A program made the position numbers and the translations under genes. The notes beneath the pieces are model-generated. The model made no database searches. It was given only the letters and a program-made list of their open reading frames with translations, and was not told where the DNA came from. Below, one piece after another: positions 12,488 through 25,713 of a DNA stretch of 64,000 nucleotides. This stretch comes from Amoebophrya sp. A120 (Eukaryota; Protista; Dinoflagellata): NCBI GenBank assembly GCA_905178155.1, contig CAJINV010000001.1, positions 13,904,664 to 13,968,663 of the forward strand, read 5' to 3'. How positions within the stretch are numbered: position 1 is the first letter of the stretch; each line of letters starts with the position of its first letter.

Positions 12488-13607
12488 GAATCTCGTTCGA
12501 GTTGTGCTCGCTAGTAGAACGGAGTAGAACCTTGACCATCTGAGCACGACGTGCGAGAAGAACCAGTCGGCTGTTGTCTTTGCTTGTGTTAACTGTTGCC
12601 GTTCTCAGCGGTATCCAAAGTCGAAACCGAAAAAAGTAGACAGAACGCTAAAAGCTACTTTTTATACTCGTGAATGTTTTAAAGTCAACAACTAAATCCA
12701 AAAAATATCATCTTCAGAAAAAACAACTGTATGCGACGGATAGGGGACACACACTCCATCCGAAAGACCGAGCTTCTTATCAACCTAGTTCTAGCAGAAC
12801 CAGACTACAAGGCATTTTGATGCTGGAAAACTTTTCGACAAAACGTGTTGTGAAAATTTGAACTTGATGTTACATGCGACCAGCAAGCAAGCCTATGTGG
12901 TTTTGAACACACCATCCGCGAACCACTCGGAGTTGGAAAGCCTGAATTGTTTCTGTACAATGGACGAGGCTGTGTCTGTGTTGAATTTTAGTCGCATGTG
13001 ATGTTGAACTTGCTTCTATTTAAACCTGTTTGTTTGGACGAGAACATCCTGTGAATCGACCCGCAGTCATCTCCATCTGCGAAAACCGTGCTGTTTTTTG
13101 CGTTGCGTGTGTTCTCTCGCCCGACTTCCATACAGTGCCTACATAGCTTGTGCTGGTGGATGTGGAACTTTTAAGTAGAAGGCGGTTCATCGAACTCCAA
13201 TGTTGAATTTGATCTTCAACAGTGATGGTGCGGATGCTGCAGATCCATAATAACGATGAAATCAACTACTACATTTGGATGCTGTTGCTGATCAGCCGGA
13301 AGATGTCCACTGACTTAAGTACTTCGGTTTTTTCTTTTGGAAACTTAAGGTGTCTAAGTAGACTTGCATCTCCGACTTAAAGCACCGGACCGTCAACATG
13401 ATTCTTCATGGTTATTTCAGTCACGTCAGGGTCAACCATCCTGCTAAGTAAGCAGTTTTCAAGACTATCAAGATTTCGATTTGCACTAGCAGTGGTAAGT
13501 AGTCTTTTAGTACAGTTTTGCTTGTGCCTCACTTCTTCTTTGACCTGACAATTTTGTGGTAAAGACGTACACGTTGTGGTTACCCAACTCAGAGAGCTGT
13601 GGCAAAG

Positions 13608-16600
13608 ATGGCGGGCAGTTCTTCAGACAGCGGAAAAAGCTTGGTTGACAACAATACTGCGCACCGAGGCCGCGCGAAGAGGAAGCGACGAGAATCTGGA
13701 AATAAATCAGAGCCATCTATGGAGACCGTAGGTCTAGGTGAAGATGAAGTTGAAGACGGGAACAGAGAAGATGAGAAGCCGAATGACGAACAGTCCGGAA
13801 GCAAAAAGAAAAAAAAGAGGAAAAAAGAAAAGAAAACTAAAAAGACAAAAAAGGACAAGGAGAGAGTCCCTTCTCCTCGCGATGATGCCGCGAGTCAGAG
13901 CGCCGAGGACGAGATTGATTTTGTCAAGCCCTCATCAGATCGAGATCGTCGAACCGAAAACGCTCGGAAAAAAGATGAAGATGTTCCAGCGGTGACACCT
14001 CAGGCTCAGGCTCCGAAAGCAAAGTTAGTAGCTCGCAAGGACGTGGAACAGCAGCGGGCAAGCGATAAGGGGTCGGGAGGTGAAAGACGCAAGTATCACG
14101 ATGACAAGATGCCTGCAGATGACGACCGGGCGGGAACAAAGGCAAAAGACAGCGAGCAAAAAGCGCAGCGACGGCGGAGTAGAGAAGAAGATGGAAGTCA
14201 GAACGATGATGGAAATCCCACTGACAAAGCTAAAAAACGAAAGAACATGATGAAGCGAGGCAAGAAATCCAGATCATCCTCGGCATCTTCAGTTTCACGA
14301 GACAGGAGAAGCAATGACGAAAATGAGGCTAATCACGCCAAGGGAAAAAAAGCCAAAACGAAAAAACGTAGAGGCGAGGGGAGCGGAAAGCAATCTGGTG
14401 AAGGTAGCGAAGCAGACGCAGGTATAACGAGAAAGCGACACAAACAGCAGGCTTCAGACCGAAACCAGCAGGAGGCCTCCGCGTCCGCAAGCGTCAGCAG
14501 AGGTTCCAAGGGTAAGAAGACCCATGAAGCAGGCACCTTTTCCGATCGCCGCGAGTCTGCGAAAGAACCAAAGCAGGACCGTGAAGCAAGGGAGACTCCG
14601 CGGAACAAGACCTTTCAAGAAGGGCCAAGCCGCGGTAGCAAGGATCAAGCAAAATCCAAGTCGCGTTCGAGAGACAGCCGATCGAGGGACCATGACCGCG
14701 GTAAAGGCCGTCGTGAAGACGACAACTATGACACAAATAAAGGACGTGATCGCGATGACAAGTACAAAGAGGACGATAGAAAGCGGGAAACCAACAAGCC
14801 AGGTCAACAGCGAGGAGGACGAAAACGTGCTGATAGAAGCGGTTCCAGTCGTCGCAACCGGGGCCGCGCTGACAGTCGCCGTCGCAGTGGCAGTAACGAG
14901 CGTGGCCGGTTCGAGGACAAGAACGCCAAATCTCGTGCCAACGACGGCGTCAAATCGGGCCAAAAAGACCAGCGCCGCAGTCGGAGTCGGCGGGGAGGCG
15001 GGCCTCGGCGGGACTACAATCCCGGGCGCTCGGATGCTGCAAAAGCTACGAGCAGAGGCAGGTCCCGAAACGGCAGGCGTGACACGAAAAGAGACGATGA
15101 CTACTACGGAAAGCCAGTAGACGGGGATACGCCCATCAGTCGACCACGTGGCGCGGAAGGCACAGGAGATAATAAGCAACATCGCCGGGGTCATGGGGAA
15201 GACAGCCGAGAACGTGGTCGTGCCGGAGGCACTGGTGGTAGAAACAACAATTTTGATCGAAACGACAAGGGCAAAAAGGGCGACGGCAAGGGAGACCGGG
15301 GTCGCGATCAAAACAGGTATGACGACCGGCGCGGGGGACGTGCGGGTAACTACGATGAGAACCGACAAGGTCAGCAGCGGGGGAGCGAGACTTTCGGTAG
15401 GCGTGATCAGAACCAGCGCACGACATCAGGCACATTTGGGAACAGGGGACAGCCGCCGAACGATTATCGCCCGCCTCGTGCGGCAGGAGATAAAAATCCG
15501 AGATCCAGTGCGAATGCCGAATCGAAGAAAGAAGCATTTGGATCGAATCCGGCGGGTACGGGAGGGGCCACCGCCCGGACCACCAGGTTTGACCAGCCGC
15601 CTTCAGGTTCAGCATCCGGGAGTCAGCGGCAGAACAAAGGTTCGAGCAGCTACAACAATTCCCAACAAGACGACAGGAACACAAAGATTTCTTTTGGCTT
15701 GAAAGGCAACAAGCCCGCGGGACCAAACTGGGGGAAGGGAAGGGGCGGAAAGACACCAAGAGACGAAGTTGCGAAGGGTGGTGGAGTAACAGTCCAAGAT
15801 GGGAACCTTGGTCCGTCGAATTCTGCCGGCGCGCCCCCGCCCCCTCCGCCTCCACCTCCGCCGCAAATACGAGCCATCGCGGCAGCTTCCCCGTCTTCGC
15901 AGAATCAGAACCAGCCGTTGCCTCCGGTGCCATCGCCTCCAGTTCAAGGTGGAACAGTCGCGCTTGCGGCTGCACAGCAACTTGTTGGGCCGAGCCAATC
16001 TCCGAGCAACCCAGGTGGAGGAGTGCAAGTAGTTGCGGTAGCTGCTGCAGGGCCGCTTCCAGCGTCTCATCTATCTCCACCAACGTTGCCCCCTCCGTCG
16101 TTTAATGCTGCAGGGATTCCGGCAAACGCAAACCCAGCTGCAATCGGGAGTTTGCCACTAGGCGTCGGTCCACAAAGCGGACCAAAAATGGTTCCTGGTG
16201 CGGTACCGCCTTCTGCTTTGCAAACCACAGCGCAATCTCAGCCTGCAGGTGCGTCGGCTGGGATGCAAGCCGGGCCGATCGGACCGACACCGACTGGCGA
16301 AGGTCACCCGACGAGTGGCGCTTCAGCAGCTGCGCGAGGGGGCGGAGGCGTCCAGGCCCCACCCGTTGCGTCGACTATTGGCGCAGCCCCGGGGACAAGC
16401 AAAACTCCCGAGGCCATGGGTTCTTCAGGAGCTGTGGCGGAAAAAGCAGAGCCCGAGGCCGAGCAGCAGCCCAGTTCCGAGAACAAGTCTGCGGATCAAG
16501 TGCAAGTGGCAGAGTCCGTCAAAACCGGCGCATATTCCGCGAAGCTACCGATAACGGCGCCACCTGTCGCCGAACAAAATAAAGGGGACATCGACGGCGT

Positions 16601-19600
16601 TCCCTTAGATAAACAACCCGTGAGCGCACCAGCCTCACCTTCTCGTCGCAATTTAGTGCCGCTACCAGGGAAAGAGGAAGGATTGAAAAATCAAGTTCCT
16701 GTCCAGGCATCACCTTTGACTAGCGCGGCAACTACACTGGTGAGCAAAGCAAGCGCCCCGCCGCCGACGGGTGCGACGGCTGCGATGCCTCCCTCGCATG
16801 CGAAGAGCAGTGGGCCACCTCCACCTGCTGTAGCGGAGCTACCGGATATCCGTATGCTGCCTTCTGTGAAAGGACGCGAGGAAGAATTGAATACAGCACT
16901 GGCGCACGGAAGCGGAACCGAACTTGGAATAGCGATCAAAATGTCCATCGAATACAAGAAAAAGTTGTGTCAAAAGCTGTACCCTTCGGACGAGGAGTGG
17001 ATGAATGCAGCAGGTCTAGACCAGGACTTGAAGAGACATTTCGACCTGGAAGACAGCCGTGACAATGTCGATGATCGACTGAGACAACTATTTCACGAGT
17101 ATCAGCAAATCGCGCACCCGAATCCGACGGGTCTGGGGCTGATGATGGCGCCTCCTCAACATCCGCAACAGCCAGGACCCCGAGTGCAAGCGTTTGTTGG
17201 GAGCGGAGCTCTGGTTTCGGCCAACCCGAATCTTCCTTCGCAGGACGTGTCTCTGGTACTTGTGACACTTATCTTACACCGACAATCATAATAGAAGATG
17301 CACATGCTCTTCCTTTTTCTATATCGCAACTCCTACTCCACAAGTTCCTCTCTCTGTCTTGTCCTTTATCTTTTCAAGCTGAATTTTAAAATATTACTGG
17401 AGACGAGCACATGCACATGATGATCACGAACGCCTACCGGGCCGCAGCTGCGCCAACGTAGACGTCCGTGCATAAGGCTACAAGAAGTAGTAGGATAGCT
17501 TTCCTTCTGCTTCTACTTGCCAGCAAATAATAAAACAAACGTTACTACAACTACAGGGTTTAGGCTTTTAGGGTTCTTCTTATTTTGACTTTACTACTAC
17601 AGGTTCCTGCTGGCCCTGGTTTTTCTGGCAATTCGCCGTTTGCTAGCCCGCCAGCTGGCTCCAACCCCGGATACGAAGGATCCTACCATCAGGACCATAC
17701 CCCAGGAGCAGGCTCTTGGCGTGATCATCACGACGGCCAGAACTACAGTCGAGATGAAAACTACAATCAACCGGAACGCTGGGACGAGCACGAGACCGAC
17801 ATGCGGGAAGAAGAATCGGAGCAAAATGACGAGGCTTACGATCATACGAACGTACAGCACGTCAATACTGTTGAAAAAAAGAAACTCGACAAGAATCGGG
17901 TTCCCCTAGATGCAGCCCACGAAGCCTGGGAAAAAAAGTGTTTTTCACGAGACCCGGTGCCGTTCCTCGAACAGGTAAAAATACTGTATCTTTTTGCGGG
18001 CCAAACGGCTCGCTGTAAAGGAATATCCTCCGCCTGCTGTGCATGTGCAAAATCAGATAGATGTGGAACTCTTTTTTGAAGATCTTTCAAAGAAATAGAA
18101 AGGATAAGGAACATATGAAAAAGCACAGGGTTCGGTTCTTTCCAGTAGTATCAATCTATTGTGCAATAGCAATTATACACAACCTCTGTTCAGGTGGAAT
18201 ACGATTATCCAGAAACTGTGTTTGGAAAAGAGCCAGAACACAAGCGAGATTATCCCGGATGCCAGGCGATCCTGTACAAGCCGCCGCGAACGGAGCGCAT
18301 CGAGAATTTTGCTGAGGGTCTTCTGTCCTTCTTGGAGAAGAACATCAAATGGGAGAAACGGAATTACAACCACATGGTTGCCTGGTACACGGAAGAAAAT
18401 ATGCAGATTCCGTATTCGTACGATAGCACCAAGACGAACATCCCCAAGGTTTTTCCTGACTGGATGGAGGCGATGCGACGACACATGATGATCACGCTGC
18501 ACCTTCCGATGGACAATCCGCCGAACGGCTGCAATATCAATTTGTACAGAAATGGGTCCGCGAAATTGGGCGCCCACTCTGACAACGAGTTCATTTTTGA
18601 CGGTATCAACTCCGCCATTAAGATTGTCTCCTTCAGCATCGGACAGCCCCGGACATTCCAGATTGTTGACCACAGGACGAAAGATGTGATAGAGGAAATT
18701 GTTCTTCCGGAGCTGAGCTACTTCACGATGGAAGGAAATTTTCAGCGAGATCTGAAGCACCAGCTTCCGGAGGAGCCCGACAAGACGCGCCCGCGAATCA
18801 ACATCACATGGCGTTGGATTCTGAAGAAAAACGAGACCGATCAATCGGTCTATGAAAAGCGCAATAACCTAAACCACAAAGGAAAGAGAAGCAAGGGCGA
18901 AGGGAGAGGAAACAACTGGAGCAACTGGCAGAACCCAGGAGTGTCCATTGGCGGTGCCACGCCAGCTGCAGGTGCTTCGTCCTCACAACAGCAGAACAAT
19001 AAAGGAGGAGGCAGCAACTGGCACAGTTTCGGTGCTGCCAGTGGCGCTGGTGCAAGCCAGAATCAGGCTTGGGGCTATGAAAATAACAGCGGGAGCCAGA
19101 ATAATTCCACTTGGGACCACTATGAGAATGTGGGCGGGACGACGAGCCAGAACAACTCAGCTTGGGGCTCCTACAATGAGAATGTAGGCGGGACGAGCCA
19201 GAATTCCGCTCGGGGCTTCGAGAGTGCTCAGTCCAGTCCGCAGCAAGCAGTAGGTACGGGCGCAGCGTCGAGTCGGCAGTTCAACCAGCATGATAGCTAC
19301 AATAACAATCAAAATCGCAGTGGCGGCAAGGGACGCGGGCGGCAGTCGAACCAGCACCACCACGGCGCGACGACGAACAACTATCGAAGTCAGAGAAACA
19401 CCTCTGCTTCCGACGGCGATAGGGCGATTGAGTTTGAGGGCAGACACCGGCACGAGCAGCCCTCGAAAACTACAGGCACGCATGGAGGAAAATGGATGAG
19501 GAGAGAGTCAAATCGGCAGGGACGCAGGGGGAACTTCCAGGGGAAAGAGCTGCAGCAAGAAAACAAAAGGCCTCTGGCAAGAAAATTTGAAGTTGAAGTA

Positions 19601-20917
19601 TCAAGCAATCCAGCACGCTCCTCTTCAAGTGAGGACGAGGAGGAGGACAACGAGCAGAGCAGTAGCGCTCGTGCGCTGCCGGATTTTTCCAAGATGGGTG
19701 CAAACGCTGCCATCACCGCTTTGAACAAGGAGATTGCGAAAAAGGTGGCTGAATCGAGCGAGGACGTCAAAAACGAGCAGACCGTGTCCGTGGCGGAAGT
19801 TGGTAAGACAGCGCCCGCTTGCTCGTCAAATCTGGATCCGAAATCAACCGCGCATTTTCTAGAGCATATGAAGACAAAAGTCGAGGAAGATAAAAACCCA
19901 CTGAGCGGGAGTGCTTCATCGACTGCAGGGGCCCCACAGGTAACAAAGGCGGCGGCCGCACACGCTGGTCCGGTGTTCACCAGTCAGATCCACCGAGCGA
20001 CGGGCAATCCAGGCACTGGTAACAACGCACAAACCGAACAACAATCGAAAGCATCATCAAAGGGCGCTATTACACGAACGCCGCTCACCTCACCCCAGCT
20101 CCAGCACACTACTGCTGCTCTCATGCCGCCCCCACCACCTCCGGGGGCTTCGTCTAATCCAAACAGTGCAACGAATGCGACTCGTGGCGCGAGATCGGCT
20201 TCATCCTCGATGCAAGTGGGAGCGCTGATGCGGGGTCAGCAACCGCTGCAAGATGCGTCAGGAACGGCCCCAGCAACGGGGCCCACGAAAGGAGGCACAA
20301 ACAATACTGCGGACCAGCACGCAGCATACACCACTCATGCGCAAGCGACGACAGCCACAGCTAGCGCAGGAGCAAGCATTTTGTCTTCGAATCTTGTTAA
20401 TCCCACGAGCGCGCAAGTGCATGCCGACACGCCCGCTACTCCAGTCACCTTCGAACATATGGCTCACCTTGCACCTCCACAAGGAGGTGCAGGCGCAACT
20501 TCGTCGCAGCAGCAACAGCAGCACCAGCACCATGGCGGGAACAAAGCGGGAAACAGTGGCAAACCAGGAGGATCGCAAAACTACAGCACGAATCGGACTG
20601 CAAACTCCTATCAGCAGGGCTCGCAGTCCAACAACTCTAGTTACTACAACAATTCGAATTCCCAAAATCGACTAAATGCGCAAGCGCACTATCATGGTTC
20701 TTCTCGAGGAGGGGGAGCGGCGGGTGGGAAAAACCAAGGTGGCGATGGTCGTCCGGCTCCGTACGGCAATGCAAATTTCAGCAGGGGAGGCGCGAGCAAG
20801 GGAAGCGCTGGAACGGGCAACAAGGGACACCAGGTGTGGAACAAAGGAAGCGGTCGAGGGGGAGGCGGTACAAAGAATTACAACTGGGACTATAATCAAA
20901 ATCAATCGTACTACTAG
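13608..20917 (+). CDS. ~2,247-aa protein with an ALKBH2/3-type 2OG-Fe(II) dioxygenase domain inside long RS/RGG-, Pro- and Asn/Gln/Gly-rich disordered regions
   Basis: Exons 13608-17255, 17603-17974, 18194-20917 (phase-0 GT-AG introns); motifs NGCNINLYRNG...HSD...IVSFSIGQPRTF...MEGNFQRDLKHQLP...RINITWR. Confidence 0.8.
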
Positions 20918-21430
20918 GACATGCAGGTATTAACCAGAAATGAACGACAACAACATTCTTTCCAAGAAGAAGCGGATCATGTAGCAATGTCAGAATATGT
21001 TGTATCTTGGAAGGCCAAGGCGGCGTCATAAAACGAAAAAGCCTAAAGCTAAATGCTAAGTGTTGAAGTCCTCTTCTTGTGGAAAGGGATACGAGGCACG
21101 AGCACAAAGGATTAGGAACGTCGACAATCCAAACAAGAACCCCGACCCATTTTCTTCTTTTAATTATGTTTCTCGGCTACAACCACAAAATCTAAAGAAA
21201 TCATTCGCGCCACACGATGGATTGCATGATCATGGAGGCGACGCTGTCGGGAGCTTTTGTTTTCTGTTCTCTCCCTTTTACTGTGAGTTTTTCGCGGACC
21301 AGAGAGAAACAGCTTATGAACAACTTGAACTTTAGTCGATTCTTGCAAACTACAGGCAAAAATACGACTTCGGAGTGAGAGCCCTAGAGGTGAATCATGT
21401 TGCTGAGTTTCTAAGTCCGCAGCGAAAAAT

Positions 21431-23388
21431 ATGATGAGGAGAATGCGTAGTTGGATTCCCGTCCTCGGCTTTCCGTTGTCCCAGCACTTGTTCGCGCTCG
21501 TTTTTCGTTGCCGAACCGTGCGTGCCCAAGGTGCCTGTGTGGACAGCGGTACGGCGCAGCAATGCGCCGATTTCTCCAAGTCATTCAATTGCTACGACGA
21601 TATGGGAGCGCAGTGTCGTTCCTTGAACGGAGAGTCGCACCCCGCCTGTCCGGCCTTGGCGGGAATCAAGCTGCAAAGCGTGTGCTGCGCGACCTGCGCA
21701 GGCTGTGGGGACTTTCACTGGCAGTGCACCACACAATACGTACGGAGCTACCTAAACCTACTGTTGCTTGCCTTTGAAGATTCAGCTTCAGGTTCTTCAC
21801 CATACGGCTCAGCTGACGAGTTTTCCGATTTATTGTCTCGGAATTCTTCCCACTTTTCTTCTTCGGAAGAAGATGTGTAGTTGCTACTGTTTGGCAATAA
21901 ACACTGAATGAAGAACAACACCAACAATGAAATAAACAGTCGAAGTACTACGGATGCAACGAGGACCTCGGCGTCGTCTGCCGTGACTTACTAGGCGCCA
22001 GCGAGCCGGGCTGCACCCAGCTGGACGGCCGACTGGTGAAGCTGGATTGCTGCCGCAGTTGCCGGGACATTGAGGCCAACGACGTGGCGACGCTGATGCG
22101 GCTGGAGTGCCTGGCGCACCAGGAGCTGCGGATGCGGTACGACGTGAATTACCAGGAGGGCTTGGCAGTCTTGCGGAACACGAACGGGTGCAGTGCACAA
22201 AATCTGCACAACCCGAGCGACGCGTGGGCGACGCTGCCCGTGGTGTGCCGGCAAGCCATGTGCAAAGCGTATTTCGCACAGTACGTCCCCGCCTGCAGCT
22301 GCTTTACGGACGAACGCAATGAGGCCGCCGCTCTGAAATCCCTGTGCAGCAGCAGCTCGATCTGGGGCACGGAGTACGCGAACTTCGATGTGGGGGGGCA
22401 GAGTGATCTGTGCGCCAATTTTGCCTTCATCGCCGGTCGGGTGCGCGAGCCGACCCGGCCGATGGGCAATCCCGACCAAATTTTTGCGGTGAAGAAGCAC
22501 CTGGCGGAAACTGTGTTCAAAGTCGACAGCTACACCCGTTTTCTCTGGATCACGGAAGTGGCGCTGGTCGATTCTAATGACGCAACCAAGGGGTACGACT
22601 ACAAGCTCGTCATCGGAATCGGGTCGAAAAACTTTTTGGAGGAGGTGTTCGCGCCGAAAGTCGGCCTGGTCACCTGGACGGGGATCGAGTATTACAACAT
22701 GAACGGCCCGATGCCGACGCTGACAGCGACCGCAGCGCCGAATCAAATCTTGCAGTTCCCAACGACCACCACCGTGGCGCCCGTCGTGACTGCTCCACCG
22801 GCCACGACGACAACGACAGCAGCGCCAAGTGGTAATGGCACAAGTTCTTCTGGCGCGGAAGCACCCGCCCCTAGTCCGGAGACCACGACAACGACGACCA
22901 CGTCAACCAGCACAACAACGCGAAAGCCCTCGGCGGACTTCGCTGGGTTGCTGGCGCAAATTTTGGCGGACAGCGGTGGAGGAGGCAGTTCCGGGACCAC
23001 GTCTTCTCAGGACGCGAACTTGATCGCCGTTCCTCTCCCCACTACTGTAGGCTGTTCAAACCCGAACGGCGGTGAGGCGACCTTGCAAGCCCTGGAGAGT
23101 CTGCGCCTGCGGGAACTAGAAGAAGATGTCTATGACGTGGTCTCCGCTGCGGGCGTTGAGATTGACGCCGAGGACGTAGCAGGGACTTCTGCAGGAGACG
23201 AAAGCTCTTACAATGCAAATGGTGCGGTAACATGGGCCGACGAGAGTAGCATAAATGCGGAAATAAAACCACGAGGACCGAAAATATCAATCGACAAGGC
23301 TCTCGGGGACTTTTTGGAGCAAATCGGCTACAATAGCGACCAATCGATTGTGCGAAGCGATCCTGCAATTTGCCTTCATGCGACCTGA
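21431..23388 (+). CDS. Secreted/surface Cys-rich protein with a Thr-rich mucin-like stalk (2 exons; junction unresolved)
   Basis: Signal-like N-terminus, CCATC/CCRSC motifs reminiscent of ShK-type modules, poly-Thr tract; ORFs 21431 and 22036 separated by an intron-like stretch at ~21740-21994. Confidence 0.55.
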
Positions 23389-23686
23389 CCAGTGTACCAA
23401 AAGATGTGTTCTGGAACAGAGGCTTGTGAAATTCTGAATCTCAGGCTTTTTGTTGATCATTCATAGTTTTTGTTGGTTTGTCATCTGCTCGTACTTCGTA
23501 AAAAATCGTCGGTACTATCGCGTTTTTTTGCTTGCTATTGCGCCTTAGACCAAAGACACTTCTACGTAAAAAGTGATGAAGTTGAAGATGAATAACTGCA
23601 AGTCATGATGCAGCATAAACTATAGCGACGAGGAACACGAAAACAAAAACCGAATTGTACGATAAGACATAGATATCATCAAAAAA

Positions 23687-24739
23687 ATGGACGAAGCGAG
23701 CAAGGCCTGGCTGAACGTGCAGCACTTTGACACGTTGACTGCACCTCTATACGAACTGGGCGGCAAATGGAGAAAGATCGAAACTTCCGTCACCCAAACC
23801 CAAGCTTCTCAAAGCGGCACAACGGCGGCAACCGCGACGACCGCATCTTCCTCGTCTAGCACATCGTCGGCTACCTCCGCGTCGTCCTCTTCCGTGGCTG
23901 GCAGTGCAGCCGGCGCGCAGGCAGTTCAGAATCAGAACAAGAATACCAACATTGTGGAAATCACACTGCACGATGTAGGACACCTTTCCCGGATGGACTG
24001 CCTAGTCTTCCAGAATTGGTACGGCTCCGTCCTCAACCTGTACGAGGTTGGACCGCAGCAGCGCGAAAAGCTGATTCTTCGCGATTACCGCATGGTGAAA
24101 TACCCCAGTTTCGAAACGGATCAGCAAAGCTACTTTGCCATCTACCGGTCGCAGCTAGACACCACGGAGTTCTTTCACCGCTCTTCGCACAATCGCAACG
24201 TGAAGCTCCGGGCCAAGCTGACGCAGGAGAGTCCGGTCTGGGGGCAGTGCAGCGTGCGGCACATCGCGGCGTACCGCTTTGAAAAAGGCCAGCCGAGCAG
24301 GACCGAGCAAGATCTTCTGGCCGCGCAGCAAGCCGGGGCTGCGGGCGCCGGTAGTGGATCGCAAAGCGACTCGCAGGGCAGTAGCTACGCGCCATCAACA
24401 ACGTCTGGGGCGGCGGGGGCAGGAGGAAGTGTAATTGCAAGCGGTGCAACTAGTACCACCGGAGGCGGCAGCGGTGCAGGAGCGGTTGCTTCTAGTGCAC
24501 CAACAACTAAGAATAGACCTCTAGTACAACTACCTCGTCCTCGCGATCAGTACGACTTGGATTTAGTGGAGCTTGCTGCTCGGTTCTCCGTGAACCCGAC
24601 CAAAAACCCTGCGAGTGCTGGTGGTACCAGCTCCTCGGCCCTGGTTTCGGAAAGCGACCCGGAGCAGCAAGCGTCCGCAGCAGAAACGGGAGAGATTTGG
24701 GACATTGTGATGGCCACTGGTTCGGAGTGGCGCCGGTAG
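23687..24739 (+). CDS. NICN1: Nicolin-1-like protein (tubulin polyglutamylase complex subunit)
   Basis: VFQNWY...LRDYRMVKYPSFETDQQSYFAIYRSQL...LRAKLTQESPVW matches recalled nicolin-1 motifs (FKNYY...LRDYCLMPDPH...LRLILRQPSPLW); Ser/Gly-rich inserts. Confidence 0.7.
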   Translation: MDEASKAWLNVQHFDTLTAPLYELGGKWRKIETSVTQTQASQSGTTAATATTASSSSSTSSATSASSSSVAGSAAGAQAVQNQNKNTNIVEITLHDVGHLSRMDCLVFQNWYGSVLNLYEVGPQQREKLILRDYRMVKYPSFETDQQSYFAIYRSQLDTTEFFHRSSHNRNVKLRAKLTQESPVWGQCSVRHIAAYRFEKGQPSRTEQDLLAAQQAGAAGAGSGSQSDSQGSSYAPSTTSGAAGAGGSVIASGATSTTGGGSGAGAVASSAPTTKNRPLVQLPRPRDQYDLDLVELAARFSVNPTKNPASAGGTSSSALVSESDPEQQASAAETGEIWDIVMATGSEWRR

Positions 24740-25713
24740 AAAGTGGAGGCTCTTCTGGCAAGTGTGGACGACTACATCATAGAACGTACGAGCATGATAT
24801 GTTCTTTTTGCTCTGCCTCCAAATTGCAATGAATGCCGGGAATATGCTGATGCTACAGCTGCTCCGTATGATTCAGACCAATAAGGTCAACCTCAAGTAA
24901 AGGTAAGGCACAGACTGCAAGCGAGGAAAGACCGCAACCCTGTCCTGCGCTTTTGTATACTGCAACATGAATTAGAATTTCTTGAAGATGTGCTCGAGCG
25001 ACGAGGATGTTCTTTCTTTCTCTCAGATGACTCCCGGCGGCATGATCAATCAGCGTGCGTCCTGTTCCATGCTATTTTCCCTGCGATCGATCCGATTTTT
25101 GTGTGTTGCTTTTTAAGGCTACAAGCTGTGTTGGCACACAACAAACACACTGATCACGCATAGTACCGGTTGAAGTAAGTGAGTACGCGAAGCGACAGGA
25201 ACTAGTTTCGTCTATATCATCATGGTCAGGTGTATTGTCATTCGTTTCGAAGCGATTTCTGTCTTGACATCGCTTCTATTACCCTATCTGTACCACAGAC
25301 GTGTAATCATGTGAACAGATAGAGCTGTTGAACAAAGTGCAGGCGCATCATTCGAGATATCTAAGTGACATGGAGCATCCGCTTCGCGGCCACTTGCCTA
25401 AGCTAAAGACAAGTAGAAAGAGAAGCAAAACCGGTTCCATTGGTGGACAAAAGGCACCCTTCTAGAACAAAGATAAGGACAATGAATTGTAGCATGTACT
25501 CTAGAAAAAGGATGCGGACACTGTCAGCATAGCGAGATACTTTTGACGTAGTTGAATGAAACAGAAAGATCAGTACCTATGGAAGTAGAACTAGCTACAA
25601 GCCAAACACCGAGAAACTTTGGCTTTCGGCATCTCAGAAGAAGCAAAGATACACCCCCGAGAGAAAATTGTAGTATTCTCAAAATAAAACACACGCCGCG
25701 AACCAGAAAGAAG

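Noticed and set aside
17555-17575. Telomere-like TTTAGGG relics in an intron
   Set aside because: Only two or three imperfect units; compatible with chance
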